DNA of 60,172 bases, filler included. It is 7 parts of 7 records of this genome, joined end to end, with 100 filler letters (N's around TTAATTAATTAA, not from the genome) between each part and the next. Parts side by side here need not be neighbours in the genome. Positions count along the whole stretch, not along the records: positions 1 to 14,329 come from DRR723986_17896; positions 14,430 to 22,806 come from DRR723986_17912; 5 more parts are not named here. One strand, given 5' to 3'. The position numbers were made by a program, and so were the translations under genes. This document shows, piece after piece, positions 8,086 to 17,400 of the stretch; position 1 is the first letter of the stretch, and every line of letters starts with the position of its first letter. The notes under the pieces were generated by a model. That model made no database searches, was not told the origin of the DNA, and was given only the letters and a program-made list of their open reading frames with translations.

Positions 8086-11000
8086 TCAGGCTGTGCGCCC
8101 GCGACGCATCACCCAGAATAAAGCCGGAATCACCAGCAAATTCAACAAAGTTGCACTCGTCAAGCCGCCCAGAATTACAAGTGCCATCGGACTCTGAATC
8201 TCATTGCCGGCCTGATTGCCCGCCAATGCCAAAGGAATTAAAGCCAATCCAGTTGTTAATGCCGTCATCACGATCGGGTTAAGTCTGTCCAGCGAACCAC
8301 GCATGATAGTTTCGTGCAGGGCCACGCCCTCGTTTAACAATACCTGGTAACGTGAGATTAACAATATCCCGTTGCGCGTCGCAATTCCAAACAGGCTGAT
8401 GAAACCAATTGTTGCGGCGATGGAGACAATGCCGCTCGTAAAATAGACCGCAAACACGCCGCCAATCAGGGCCAGCGGCAAGTTTAACAGAACCACACCA
8501 GCCAGCTTCAAGTCCTTAAATTCCAGGTACAACAGCATAAAAATAATCAGAATCGCGGCGATCGAGGCGATCATCAACAAACGCGAGGCGCGCGCTTCAC
8601 TCTCGAACTGTCCGCCATATTCGATGCGGTAGTTCTCCGGAAGATTCACGTTTGCGTCAACAATCTCGCGAATCTCGTTAACAACACCGCGTAAATCCCT
8701 GTCGGCAACGTTGGCGGAGACAACAACTTTGCGCTGTACATTTTCGCGCGAAATATTAAACGGACTGCTGATTACTTCCACGTCCGCCACATAGTTAAGC
8801 GGCACTTTGCCGCCCGTGCCTGCGTCCAGCATTGTAGCACGAATAGCGTCGAGACTTAAACGATCCTCGTCAGCATAACGCACAACCAGATCAAAGCTGC
8901 GCTGGCCTTCGTAGACCTGCGACACCGCTTCGCCGGCCAGGGCGACATCCACAAAGTCCATCAGTTCGGCGACGCTCAGGCCATATTTTGCGAGTAGAGT
9001 GCGGCGTGGTTTGACACGAATTTGCGGCACTTCTATCTGCTGCTCAACACCAACGTCCACCAGGCCACGAACTCCGGCAATATGTGCTTTAATTTGATTT
9101 CCAATCGTGAACAGCTTGTTTAAGTCGCTGCCGAAAAGTTTCATGGCAATGTTCGCACGTGTACCCGAAAGCATGTGATCAATCCTATGTGCGATTGGCT
9201 GGCCCAGTGTGATGTTAACGCCGGGCACAACACTTAAACGTTCGCGCAACTCCGCCAGGAACGCGGCTTTGCTCTTGCCCTTAAGAACAAAAGGTGCATC
9301 GAGCTCCGAGCCGTTAACACCCTGTGCATGTTCATCCAACTCGGCACGCCCGGTACGGCGCGAAACCAGTGAGATTTCATCCATCTCCAACAAGAGGCGC
9401 TCCAGTTGGCGGCCGGTCTTGTTAGATTCCTCCAGTGAGATTCCCGGCGGACAGACAAGACTGACCAGCACCGAGCCTTCATCAAACTCCGGCAAAAAAC
9501 TGCGCCCCAGACCGGTCAAAGCCCAGCCGGCAGCCCCCAGAGCCACAAGCGTCAATGCGATTAACAAAAATGGAACGCGCAGCGCAGCGCCTAAAACCTT
9601 TTGGTAAACACGCGCCAATCCACGCTCGACCAAGCTGCCACGCGACTGTTTCAGAAGCCGCTTCTGATTGCCCAGCAGAAAACTGCCAAGTACAGGGGTG
9701 ATTGAGACCGCAACAAATAGTGAAGTCAGCAGCGCCACAATAAAGGAGATGCCCAGCGGTTGCAGCAGGCGACCTTCCATGCCACTTAACAAAAAGAGCG
9801 GAGTAAAGGAGACAACGATAATCAGAGTGGCGATCAGAATCGAATTGCGAATCTCCCTGGAAGCCTCAAAGACAATCTGAAGGACCGGCGCACGCTCCGC
9901 CAGCGCCAAGCGCGCATTTTCACGCAGCCGTTTGTAAATATTCTCGACGTCAATAATTGCATCGTCCACCAAGGCGCCGATCGCAATCGCCATTCCGCCC
10001 AGACTCATAGTATTGATGGTTAAACCCAGAAACTTGAGGACGATCACCGTCACGAGCAGAGACACCGGGATTGCAATCAATGAAATAATTGTGGTGCGCC
10101 AATTCATCAAAAAGATGATTAAGACCAGGCTGATGAAAAATATACCTTCCAGCAGCGTCTTCTGCAGGTTTGAGATTGCCGACTGAATAAAGTTCGCCTG
10201 CCGAAAGATGTGCGAGTTAATTTCCACCGACGCCGGCAGCTGCCGCTGAATATCGGCCAAGGCAACATCGATGCGATTAGTAAGTTCGAGCGTATTGGCA
10301 TTCGGCTGCTTGAGCAGAGTTAACACGATGGCGTCTTGTGCCATGAAGGAGGCATCACCGATTTTGGGGGCGGCACCGATTTTTATCTCGGCCACGTCCG
10401 CAATTGTCAAAGGTGCGCCGTTAATCAGCTTAACAAGCCCGGCACCCAGTTCGGCAATATCATTGCTTCGGCCCTGCCCGCGAATAATATATTGATTGCC
10501 GTATTCGGCGATTACACCACCGGAAGCACTCGCATTAGTGCGGCGTACCGCCTCTTCCAGTTCCATCAAACTCACGTCATAGTAGCGCAGCAGATCCGGC
10601 TTGGCCAGCACTTGATACTGTTTATATCCACCACCGGTCACGACGACCTGCGACACTCCACTGACCGCCAGCAACTGCGTGCGCAGGTTCCAGTCTGCAA
10701 TTGTGCGCAGCTCCAGCGGTGGAATACTGTCGGACGTGAGGCTCAGCAGCATGACTTCGCCCATGATCGACGATATTGGAGCCAACACAGGGCTGCCAAC
10801 ACTTTCCGGCAGCCGCTCCGATACAGTACTTAAACGCTCATTCACAATTTGGCGCGCCTGGTAGATGTCAGTCCCCCAGTCAAATTCCGCCCAGACGATT
10901 GAAAATCCACGCGCAGTCGATGAACGCAAGCGCCGCAAGTCCGGTGCGCCGTTGAGCCCCGCTTCAATCGGATACGTCACCAGACGCTCAACTTCTTCGG

Positions 11001-11172
11001 TCGCCATGCCATGCGCTTCGGTCATTACAGCCACCGTCGGCGCTGTTAAGTCCGGAAACACATCAACGTCCATATCCAGCGCAACGTAGACGCCGCCGAC
11101 CATGATCGCCAGCGAGAAAAATATGACCAGCAGACGATTCTGCAGCGAGAGTTCGATAATCTTATTAAGCAT
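8086..11172 (-). CDS. Heavy-metal efflux RND permease, CusA/CzcA (HME) family
   Basis: 1028 aa. MLNKII..DVFPDL..P..V.VMTEA.G...EVERLVTYPIE, NTMSLGGMAIAIGALVDDAII, RLNPIVMTA. Confidence 0.93.
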   Translation of the reverse strand: MLNKIIELSLQNRLLVIFFSLAIMVGGVYVALDMDVDVFPDLTAPTVAVMTEAHGMATEEVERLVTYPIEAGLNGAPDLRRLRSSTARGFSIVWAEFDWGTDIYQARQIVNERLSTVSERLPESVGSPVLAPISSIMGEVMLLSLTSDSIPPLELRTIADWNLRTQLLAVSGVSQVVVTGGGYKQYQVLAKPDLLRYYDVSLMELEEAVRRTNASASGGVIAEYGNQYIIRGQGRSNDIAELGAGLVKLINGAPLTIADVAEIKIGAAPKIGDASFMAQDAIVLTLLKQPNANTLELTNRIDVALADIQRQLPASVEINSHIFRQANFIQSAISNLQKTLLEGIFFISLVLIIFLMNWRTTIISLIAIPVSLLVTVIVLKFLGLTINTMSLGGMAIAIGALVDDAIIDVENIYKRLRENARLALAERAPVLQIVFEASREIRNSILIATLIIVVSFTPLFLLSGMEGRLLQPLGISFIVALLTSLFVAVSITPVLGSFLLGNQKRLLKQSRGSLVERGLARVYQKVLGAALRVPFLLIALTLVALGAAGWALTGLGRSFLPEFDEGSVLVSLVCPPGISLEESNKTGRQLERLLLEMDEISLVSRRTGRAELDEHAQGVNGSELDAPFVLKGKSKAAFLAELRERLSVVPGVNITLGQPIAHRIDHMLSGTRANIAMKLFGSDLNKLFTIGNQIKAHIAGVRGLVDVGVEQQIEVPQIRVKPRRTLLAKYGLSVAELMDFVDVALAGEAVSQVYEGQRSFDLVVRYADEDRLSLDAIRATMLDAGTGGKVPLNYVADVEVISSPFNISRENVQRKVVVSANVADRDLRGVVNEIREIVDANVNLPENYRIEYGGQFESEARASRLLMIASIAAILIIFMLLYLEFKDLKLAGVVLLNLPLALIGGVFAVYFTSGIVSIAATIGFISLFGIATRNGILLISRYQVLLNEGVALHETIMRGSLDRLNPIVMTALTTGLALIPLALAGNQAGNEIQSPMALVILGGLTSATLLNLLVIPALFWVMRRGRTA

Positions 11173-11211
11173 ATTATCTCAGGTGTTAAACGCCAGAGTT
11201 GCGGTTAACGA

Positions 11212-12846
11212 TTAGTGACTGTGCCCATGTGACGGAATACTGCTTGACATTGCCGCCATTTTAACACGGTACGCGCCGCGTGTTACGATCCTGTCGCCTT
11301 CCTTAAGTCCACTGCTGACCTGTACAACTTTGCCGTCGCTAACTCCAAGTGCAACTTCGCGTTTGGTATATGATTCGCCCGCGATCTGCACGTAGACATA
11401 GTGATTTTCGTAATCCTCCATCACAGCGCCGAGCGGTACAAACAAGACGGCCTTTAATGGCTTGGTCTTTAAGAACACCTCTACAAATGCACCCGAAAGC
11501 AGGTCACCACGGTTGTCAACTTCGAACAGAACAGGCACAAAGTTGTCGCCCGCCGTGGCGTTACGCGCATATGACAGCAGACGTCCGTTTAAGTCTTCGA
11601 TGCTGTGCACGTCACTGGAATAGGCTGTGCGGAAGTTGGCTGAGCGTATGTTAACCAGGTCGCGGTAATGCCGCTGCGAAACCTCGGCTTCAATTACCAG
11701 ACGTTTATTCTTTGTTAAAACGACCAGCGCGGCTCCGTTTTCCACAAACTCACCTTCTTCAACAAGCACGTCTTTGACATATGCATCCGTTGGTGATTCA
11801 ATCAGCTGTGCACCGTCGCGGTAATTTTCCGAGAGCCCAGCCAATTTTGCACCAGCAAGTTTTAGTTCGGCGCCGGCAGCATCGTACTCCTGCATGGAGA
11901 TGATGTTTTTCTCCAGAAGTTTAACGGCGCGATCATGATCGAGCGCCGCCTTTTCATATGTTGCTTTGGCTTCTGCAAACTGCGTGCGAATATTATCGTT
12001 AGTAAGACCATCGCCGGAGATACGGAACATCCATTGGCCGGCGCGCAGTTTGTTCCCCAGGTAAATGTCATCACTGTTAAACAGAACAATGCCTGCCGTT
12101 TTGGCACTGACCACTACTTCGTCGCCCTGCCTCGCACGGATATGCCCCGAGCTGTTGATGACGTCGAATATATCACCGCGCTCGACAGCAGCAACACCGA
12201 AATCAATTTCCCAGGCCTGCTCTTTTAACAATGTTATTTCGTCGTCATCCACGTGCGCAGCCATTGCAGTTTCAGCAGCTGCCGCGTCGGCATAAACCAT
12301 TACATCGTCGATGTTAAACTTGTAGTTTTGGCCTTGATGTTGCAGGTCGAATATCAGTCGGCCCACACCGGCAGTTTTTGGTTTAAGTGCCGGCTGAAAT
12401 ATCCCGGCTTGTATCGGTGTATCAACGCTGTTGCGTATACCTTTGCCATCCTGTACCAGGCTGACACTAAGGCTTCCAACTGCGACAGGTTTATACGCCG
12501 GCAACTGCGTAAAATGTGCCGCAAAACGACTGAGTTTACCGACTTGGAGCGCTTCGAATTCAACAAATAATTCCAGGTCATCCAGCCACACAGTATGTGT
12601 AACTGTCGCTGTTTCTTCCTCGTGACCGCCACCGGCAGCATGTGCATGTCCGCCGTGATCGTGGCCACCGTGATCATGACCACCGTGATCGTGGCCACCA
12701 TGATCGTGGCCACCATGTCCATGACCGCCAACATCATCGCGGCAGCCGCCAACCAGGAGTGTTAAACTCAGGGTTGCGGCCACCACCACAATTGTTGGAT
12801 TCGTCAGGAAGTGCAGTGTTTTAGCTATCCTCACTCTCTGTATCAT
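11212..12846 (-). CDS. RND periplasmic adaptor (MFP, CusB/CzcB-like) lipoprotein with His-rich N- and C-termini
   Basis: Start reassigned to ATG 12846 (MIQRV..LLVGGC lipobox, GAGGA upstream). GGHDH repeats, barrel-sandwich hybrid motif (IESPTDAYV..V.EGEFV..G), C-terminal GLKEGDRIVTRGA..SHGHSH. Confidence 0.88.
   Translation of the reverse strand: MIQRVRIAKTLHFLTNPTIVVVAATLSLTLLVGGCRDDVGGHGHGGHDHGGHDHGGHDHGGHDHGGHAHAAGGGHEEETATVTHTVWLDDLELFVEFEALQVGKLSRFAAHFTQLPAYKPVAVGSLSVSLVQDGKGIRNSVDTPIQAGIFQPALKPKTAGVGRLIFDLQHQGQNYKFNIDDVMVYADAAAAETAMAAHVDDDEITLLKEQAWEIDFGVAAVERGDIFDVINSSGHIRARQGDEVVVSAKTAGIVLFNSDDIYLGNKLRAGQWMFRISGDGLTNDNIRTQFAEAKATYEKAALDHDRAVKLLEKNIISMQEYDAAGAELKLAGAKLAGLSENYRDGAQLIESPTDAYVKDVLVEEGEFVENGAALVVLTKNKRLVIEAEVSQRHYRDLVNIRSANFRTAYSSDVHSIEDLNGRLLSYARNATAGDNFVPVLFEVDNRGDLLSGAFVEVFLKTKPLKAVLFVPLGAVMEDYENHYVYVQIAGESYTKREVALGVSDGKVVQVSSGLKEGDRIVTRGAYRVKMAAMSSSIPSHGHSH
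12645..12732 (-). repeat. In-frame 15-bp tandem repeat encoding (GGHDH)n
   Basis: Translation GGHGHGGHDHGGHDHGGHDHGGHDHGGHAH. Boundaries approximate. Confidence 0.8.
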
Positions 12847-13135
12847 CGTCCTCATCCGTTGATTTGTCATCGTCATTGTTAGTGTCCGTGCTGTCTGCAT
12901 CGAACTCTTCCTGTTCGTGATCGTCATCATGATCGTGATCGTGGCCGTCATGGTCGTGATCATGATCGTTGTCGCCATGATCGTGATCGTGGTCATCGTC
13001 GCCATGGTCGTGATCGTGGTCGTGGCCGCTGTGTTCATGATCGTGATCGTGGTCATGGTCATGTGCTGATTCGCCGCCACAAGCCGAGAGTAGAATCGCG
13101 AAACACACGGCAATTGCCGCCAGGAAATTTTTCAT
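12821..13135 (-). CDS. Small His/Asp-rich lipoprotein (putative metal-binding)
   Basis: MKNFLAAIAVCFAILLSAC lipobox, then (HD)n tracts and an acidic tail. AAGGTG upstream. Overlaps the MFP start. Confidence 0.8.
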   Translation of the reverse strand: MKNFLAAIAVCFAILLSACGGESAHDHDHDHDHEHSGHDHDHDHGDDDHDHDHGDNDHDHDHDGHDHDHDDDHEQEEFDADSTDTNNDDDKSTDEDDDTESEDS

Positions 13136-13236
13136 TCCGACACCTTTTTGAGTTTAATTAAACGCGTTAAATATGGTACAAGCACAGACAATCGTTCCCT
13201 GGTTCAGGGAGCGTTATGCCCAGGCCTACAAATTGA

Positions 13237-13268
13237 TTCTGGATTACTGTTCTGGATTACTGTTCTGG
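13237..13268. repeat. 13-bp direct repeat (TTCTGGATTACTG x2.5)
   Basis: Read directly, between the RAPP ORF and the lipoprotein gene. Confidence 0.75.
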
Positions 13269-13294
13269 CTTAGCTAATAGATTAACTAAGTGGT

Positions 13295-13861
13295 TTAGCT
13301 CAGAATGGGGGGCGCGCGTAGGGGCGCATTGTCAAAGACAATGACTTGCGCATAGTCGGGAAACCGGTAGAGACGTCTTGTTAAGTCAGGTGCTGCGTGA
13401 ATCGTCAGATCGGCAATTGCTTCACCGGCATAACACGCTGGTATGATCAGCGGCGCACCCGCACGCAGTTTGTCATTGCGCAAATGGACGTAGTCGCTGG
13501 AGCAGGCGGCAGCGTGATGATGTATGTCGGAAAGTGCGCGGCTCAAAAAGGAATAAACTCCGATTGAACTTTCACTTAAACCTGTTAACATATCAGTACC
13601 CGAGTGTTCACCTGATTGTGAACCAGAAGCAGCGTGGCTATGTGAGTGGCAGTCACTTCCCGCATGCGAATGATGCGAATGTGAATGCGTATGTCCCGCC
13701 ACATGACCGGCGGCATGTCCATTGCTGTGGAGTTCGTGGCAGTGATCCTGCCCATGGCAATGCGGAATCAGGTTATGCAGCAGCACAAACCCATAGAGTG
13801 CACCCATCAACAGCGCAAAGGCCTTGACCGATTTCTCCATATGGTGATACTGTTTAAACAT
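13295..13861 (-). CDS. His-rich DUF2946-like leader protein ending in RAPP motif
   Basis: N-terminal hydrophobic segment, HNLIPHCHGQDHCH, His tract, C-terminal PLRAPPILS. True start may be ATG 13840 (MEKSV). Confidence 0.75.
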   Translation of the reverse strand: MFKQYHHMEKSVKAFALLMGALYGFVLLHNLIPHCHGQDHCHELHSNGHAAGHVAGHTHSHSHHSHAGSDCHSHSHAASGSQSGEHSGTDMLTGLSESSIGVYSFLSRALSDIHHHAAACSSDYVHLRNDKLRAGAPLIIPACYAGEAIADLTIHAAPDLTRRLYRFPDYAQVIVFDNAPLRAPPILS

Positions 13862-14049
13862 TCTGTTCCGCTAAAAAGTACGATTAGACTTTGTACATCG
13901 TGCTTTGACGAAGGCAGCCCACATTGATTGTCACCTTACCTACTCAATGGTGGAACGCAGGTGCGGCCCAGAGCTTACAATCGCCATACAACTACCGAAG
14001 CTAGGCAAATGTGCAACAAATTGCAAGGTTCTACCGCCGGTTTAATGCA

Positions 14050-14109
14050 GAGCGCTGCGCCCCTTCCGCATTACAATGCTCCTTGTGGCTGGCTGTTTTC
14101 TCTTGTTAG
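14050..14109. repeat. Dispersed structured repeat, alpha-type end
   Basis: GAGCGCTGCGCCCCTTCC-GCATTacAATGC-TCCTTGTGGCTGGCTGTTTTCTCTTGTTAG. Confidence 0.78.
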
Positions 14110-14200
14110 TCACGCAGACTCAAGCCCGCAGATATTGAGTTTGAATGTCTTTTGATTTTGGGTCTTGAGGCCTTGGGTTATGAGAAGGTGAGGAGAATTT

Positions 14201-14329
14201 CAGCTCACAGCTTAAGCTAACAGCCCAGGCTAACAGCTCACAGCTCACAGCTCACAGATTAAGCTAACAGCCTAAGCTAACAGCCCAGGCTAACAGCCTC
14301 AGGCTAACAGCTTCAGGCTAACAGCCCAG
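14201..14329 (+). repeat. Tandem direct array of REP right arms running into the contig end
   Basis: 7 exact GCTAACAGC plus 4 GCTCACAG variants at 7-14-bp periods. Confidence 0.85.
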
Positions 14330-14429
14330 NNNNNNNNNNNNNNNNNNNNNNNNNNNNNNNNNNNNNNNNNNNNTTAATTAATTAANNNNNNNNNNNNNNN
14401 NNNNNNNNNNNNNNNNNNNNNNNNNNNNN
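14330..14429. other. Artificial contig spacer
   Basis: 100 nt of N containing TTAATTAATTAA (stops in all six frames). Confidence 0.98.
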
Positions 14430-17400
14430 CCGCCCGCCGATATGGTACCGGACTGGACGACTGTAACGGCTCCGCCGCTGCCGGTGCCGTCGCCACCCGC
14501 AGGCGAAGTCGCGCTACTGCCGGCGTAAACACCGTTGCTGTCTCCGGCGAGACCGCCACCGCCACCGACGGACTGCGCCAGAATTCCGAAGGCGCCGTCG
14601 CCGGATGTGGTGATGTCCGCATCGACGTCCACATAGATAGTGCCACCGGTACCATCGCCGTCTCTTACTCCGATTGAGTCGTTGTTGAACGCCCCGCTGA
14701 TATCACCCATCAAGCCGCCACCACCGCCAATCGACTGTGCGATGACGGCATGCGCTCCGCGCCCTGTGGTGGTAACTGTGGATCCTGAGTCCAGGGTCAC
14801 CGACACCTCCGCGCCATTGCCGGTCGTGCCATCAGTGCCGTTAAGAGCCAGGCTACTGATACTGCCGCCGTCAGCACTGCCCGATACGCCACCACCACCG
14901 CCAATGGATTGAGCCAGGATGCCGTAGGCGCGGTCGCCAATAGTTGAAATGGTTACGCCGGTGTCGATAGTGACCGTACCGCCATTGCCGCTGCCTCCGC
15001 CGTCGCCACCCAAGGACAGCCTCAGACTGTGGCTATCGTCGTTGTTTGACGCTTCGCTGCTGCCGGCGCCACCGGTGCCGCCGCCACCGCCAATGGATTG
15101 GGCGATAAGAGCAAACGCATCATCGCCCTGCGTGCTGGCCGACAGCCAATCGCCACTTACAGAAACCGCGCCGCCGTTGCCGGACGCACCTCCGCTACCA
15201 CCGATACCGCCACCGACGGCAATCTGGGCATCGGCAGAATCGGAACCGTCCGCGCCGTGGCCACCCCCGCCGCCAATGCTTTGGAGGAGCATGGCGTGTG
15301 CGCCATAGCCCATTGTCGCGACCGAAGCAGCCGTGTCTGTGAGGTTTACCGAAACTTCACCGCCGTTGCCGCCCGTGCCGCCTGTGCCGCCCACAGCGAG
15401 ATCGAGAGAGGCGGTGGCATGGCTGCCGGCGGCGACGGCGGTCCCGGCCGTGCCGCCACCGCCGCCTATGGATTGCATTACGATACCATCGGCCCAGTCG
15501 CCCTTGGTGGTTACGTTGCCACCGAAGGAAAGGACGGCGCCGCCGCCATTCCCGCCTGTGCCGCCTGTGCCGCCGACGGAAGCCGTGAGCGTGTAGCTTG
15601 TGTCTTCGTCGCCGCCCTGGAATCCGCCTTCGTCCCCGTCACCATCATCGCCGGCGTCGCTACCGGCCGAGCCACCAATGCCACCAGAACCGCCGATGGA
15701 TTGAATAACGATACCGTCGGAATCGCCTCCAGTTGTAGAAACCCAACCCAGGGCGGTAACTTCGGCAGTTCCTGCGGTCGTGCTGCTGCCTCCGGTGCTC
15801 CCCACGTTGACGGTAACTGTGGCGGAAAGATCCGACGAGTCGTCGTCGTCGTCACCGCCGGTCTCCCCGGAGGCCGACAGACCGATGTTCCCCCCCTGGC
15901 TGGTGCCGCCACCGCCAGTGATCGCCTGCGCCACCACCCCATGAGAGTTTGCGCCGTTGGTAAATACGGAAGACCCTGTGTCCAGCTCGACGGTGGCATT
16001 ATTGTTGGAACCTGACGTTCCACCTGTGCCGCCAAGACCGATATTCACCGTGGCATTGAAGCCGCCACCGATTTTGTTGCTGCTGGAACTGCCGACACCG
16101 CCGTTGCCGCCGCCGCCACTAATGGTTTGTGCAACGATTGCGTTGGCGTGGTCTCCATAGGTTTGGACGCTGGAGCCTGTATCGATGCCGACGATAACCA
16201 CATCGGAATTCCCACCGGACCCGCCGGTGCCACCGATACTGGTAGAGACATCGACCGAAATCGTATCGGCATCGCCAATTGTGTCTGCGAGGGAGGACGA
16301 GCCGCCGCCATCGCCGCCACCGCCGCCGATAGACTGTGCCAGGATACCAAACGCCCCGTCACCGCCTGTCGCAATTTCCGAAGGTTCCTTCGTGCCGGTG
16401 AGGCCGACGCTGACATAGTCGCCATTGCCACCGACGCCACCAGACCCACCAACTGCGGTGGAAATCGTAACGGCAAAGGAAACATCTTCACCGGTCGGAG
16501 CTGCCAGGGTAATGGCATCCGCCGTCGCTGTGCCGCCGGCGCCGCCACCGCCGCCAATGGATTGGGCAATCACGCCGTGAGAGTCGGTTGCGGACGAATT
16601 GGCGGCCGTACCATCAGACCCTTGATAGATACCTGTCGCGATAACGGTACCCTCGTCCAGCAGGACATCGGAAGTCCCGCCGTTGCCACCAGCTCCACCG
16701 CTGCCGCCAACGGCGGTCTCGATGCTGATCCCGACGCTGCCATCATATCCCGACGCTGATCCCCCGGTACCGCCACCGCCACCAATCGACTGGTTGACGA
16801 CGGCCGCCGCATTGGCACCAAGTGTTTTTACAAATGTGCGATTTAGTTCGGTTGTCGCGCTGTCGCCGGTTCCACCGACGCCAGAGTTGCCGCCGACTTG
16901 CATAGGAAGAAGTGACAAGGCGTTCTTTGCAAGCGCATTGCCTCCATTGCCGCCACCGCCCCCAATAGACTGGTTAAGCAAGCCTGTGGCGTTGTTGCCT
17001 CGCGTTTCGACTTTAAAATCATTGAAAGAAAGCCGGGTTTCGCCGCCGTTGCCGCCGGCGCTCCCAGAAGCGCCCACCTGGAGATTGGTGACCGATGCGA
17101 TGTCCACACCTGTTGCCGAGCCACCGTTGCCACCGCCACCTCCGATGGATTGAGCCATTGCGCCCACGGCAAAGTCGCCAATGGTTAGGATACTCGCCAT
17201 GCTCGTCGCCGGTGCCTCGGACCTATCGTCACTTGGCGCATTCGAACAACCAGAAGCGGTGTCGTAGAAATTTGTGACACACACGGACCCGCCGTCGCCA
17301 CCGGCACTGCCAGAGCCGCCAACACCAGCAAGGCCGATGGAACCGATCGAGAGGTCCAACACATTACCGCCGTTACCGCCGCCGCCACCAATGGATTGCG

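Noticed and set aside
12847-13113. Met/Thr-rich N-terminal extension of the 633-aa ORF
   Set aside because: Alternative-frame reading of the (HD)n lipoprotein codons. The real MFP start is most likely 12846.
14201-14329. Possible CRISPR array
   Set aside because: Units are 7-14 bp with no unique ~30-nt spacers, and I recognise no cas genes. It is a REP-arm tandem.
14374-14385. TTAATTAATTAA palindrome repeated six times in the window
   Set aside because: Always centred in a 100-nt N-run, so it is an artificial six-frame-stop linker. Gene adjacency across these gaps is meaningless.
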